In this document: piece after piece, positions 61,951 through 64,000 of the stretch
How positions within the stretch are numbered: position 1 is the first letter of the stretch
Layout of the letters: the number at the start of each line of letters is the position of its first letter
Assembly (NCBI GenBank): GCA_958009085.1
Contig: OY253673.1
Coordinates: 124,001 to 188,000 of the forward strand
Direction of reading: 5' to 3'
DNA from: Protoeuglena noctilucae
Taxonomy: Eukaryota
Length of the DNA stretch: 64,000 nucleotides
Notes under the pieces: model-generated
The model's input: the letters and a program-made list of their open reading frames with translations, nothing else
What the model was told of the DNA's origin: nothing
Database searches by the model: none
Position numbers and translations under genes: made by a program

Positions 61951-64000
61951 TCAAAGCTCCTCCCAGTCCTCCTCTGCGCTTTCCCCGACGTCTTCCCCTC
62001 CCTCGGCGTCCTCGGCAAGTTCCATCGCCTCGCATCGTCGCCGCAGCTCGTCGAGGCCCGTCAGTCGCTCGAGCGCTGCCCCGTCCCCCGCTACCCGAGA
62101 AACGAAAGCCCAGCCCTCCTCCCGCAGCGCGTCCAGCACGGGGTCCGAACACGCCACGCACTGGCTAAACGCACGCCCCGACATGGTGCCCTGGGTGAAC
62201 CCAAACAGGCACCCCCGCACCATGTGTGGCATGGGGCCCAGCGACGACCCCTCCTCCCGCGCCCCCGCCGGGTCCTCGCCGGGCCGGCCCGACGCGCCCG
62301 CTGCTTCCGCCCTCTCCGCGCGCGGCGCCGCGTCCCCCGCCACCCACGCCGCGGCGAGCTCTGCCGCCAGGGCCCCCGCCACGGATGCCAGCCCTGGTCT
62401 CGACACAGTGCACTGCTGGTCGAGCGTGCGCTGCGAGACGCTGTCGCCCGGTGCCACGACGTCGTTGCAGAAGTAGCAACCGGGTCGGTCAGGCTGCGCG
62501 CCGGGCTGCCCATGCCGCATCTGCAGGGTCGGGGGTGTCGTATGGATGTGGTGTGGCGTGCGTGATGGGAGCAGCGGCAGCGCTGGGCGCTAGGCAGACA
62601 GAGAGGTGCCACGAACGGAAGCAGACGAGAGGCAGGATGCGGTTGCAGGTCGCTGTCGAGGCCCACGCTGTCTCTCACCACCACGAACGTGTCGAACCCC
62701 AGGGCAGCCGTCACGACCCTCTTGCCACAGAGGGCCCCCAAGGCGGTGGGCAGCCAGCGGCTTTCGCGGCTGTCCGTGAGCAGAAACACGACGTCGTGGT
62801 CCTGCGAGTTGCAAACACAAGGCCGCAGGTCCAGGCAAGCAGCAAGCGAGCGTGGCACCAAAGAGCCACCGAGAGTGGCATGCGACGCTAGGAGGTACGG
62901 GACGTGTTCTAAGCCACGAAGGCGCGCAGGTGCCGGGACTGGCGTGTCAACGCACCCGCACGAGGTCCATGAGAGTCTCGAATGCTGCCCTCCCTGCCGC
63001 CTCCTCGGAAGCATGCATGGGGTGTCCCGGCATGGGCACGTCGATCTGGACGCCCCTGGTGGTGACGGCCGGGAAGATGCGCCTGCACAAACGGAGAGAA
63101 CGATTCAAAACACATTGCGCACGCACCCCTGCGCCTTGCAACACGACCCGGAGTACGCCCCGCCCACCGCTCCTCACCTCAGCGCATCGGCCGCCGCCTC
63201 TGCCTTGGGTTTGCCCTCTCCCAGGGCGTCCTCGTAAGCGAAGAGGCTCTGCCGCACGGGATTGCTCATCGATACCCGGGCGTTGTCGACGAATGTCACG
63301 TGCCGAACGCCCCAGCCCAGCAGCACGCGCGACACGGCGCAGCTGCGGGCACGGCGTGGGACAGGCGGTGTACAAAGTTGGTAGTACTTGCGTGTTGATG
63401 CTGTCACAGTTGGCGTGAGTAATAATGCCATTGGCATGCATACCATATTGTGGGCAACTACGACGATAAGGGCAACGAGAGACAGGGTGAAGACACGAGG
63501 CGACGTGGCGTGGCCAGGCTACGTGGGCCGAAGATGAATGGTTTGGTGAGAGCAGGCGCCTCACCCGAGCGTCCCGGCGCCAATGAGCAGCGCGCGCATC
63601 GACTTGATGCTCTCCAGGTCGATTCCCGGCGCCGCACGCCATCGCATGAGGCGCAGGTTGAGGTCCACAGCATTCTGCGTGCAACCGATAGGAGTGACGT
63701 CAAATGCGCCCAAATTTGGTTGCTTGGATAGCCCGAGCATGGGCCAGCCCCGACCTACCGCGGCCCGTCACATTCTGCAACCTCGCGACATCGCGACACC
63801 AGCCCATGCCCCCTCACCTCCGCCATCGCCAGCGGGTCCATCTGGTCCCGCAAATCCACCGCGCGCGGCCCCGGCTTCCCCTTAGGCCCCGCCTCCCACC
63901 CCACGCACGCCAGCCCGTCCTCGACGCCCCCCACCGGCCACTCCGCTGGCAGTGGGTCGACCCGGACCCTCGCAAGCCGGGACGCCTCCGCGGACACGCG
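61951..64000 (-). CDS. ATG7: Ubiquitin-like modifier-activating enzyme ATG7 (3' part)
   Basis: VGWE...[88 protein letters not shown]. Confidence 0.97.

Noticed and set aside
1..64000. Non-standard genetic code, introner-type repeated introns, transposase/RT genes, tRNA/rRNA genes
   Set aside because: TAA, TAG and TGA all act as normal stops. Introns share no evident sequence by eye. No such motifs were recognised, though covariance-model and repeat searches were not run.

Overview
GC-rich, gene-dense eukaryotic nuclear DNA from a flagellated chlorophyte green alga. Evidence: CP29/LHCB4, an FDX3-type ferredoxin, an outer-dynein-arm docking subunit, short spliceosomal introns and TGTAA poly(A) signals. 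A pedinophyte/prasinophyte-type genome is only a guess. I reconstructed about 25 intron-containing genes by hand: GDT1-like (partial), FAH-family hydrolase, TRAPPC11, a VAL/HSI2-type PHD-like zinc-finger protein, a membrane pseudo-phosphodiesterase, organellar HisRS, LHCB4, a PDZ protein, a CHY-RING E3 ligase, FDX3, ODA-DC2, MED6, DEP-DUF1769, DDX52/ROK1, a DTW protein, SRP40/NOLC1, an MltB-type lytic transglycosylase, an LSMT-family SET protein, a Tudor-PWWP protein, a VOC/glyoxalase-like protein, ATG7 (partial) and four hypotheticals. Main points of interest: (1) an intron-containing, probably plastid-targeted bacterial-type peptidoglycan lytic transglycosylase; (2) a candidate bicistronic locus, with a 94-aa ORF ending 22 nt before the glyoxalase-like ATG; (3) 13 candidate GC-AG introns, on the order of 10% of those traced; (4) a phosphodiesterase that has lost its metal ligands and is fused to a membrane module; (5) near-perfect strand alternation. 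Family calls come from recalled motifs, not database searches. CDS coordinates give the outer gene span (start to stop) and include introns.
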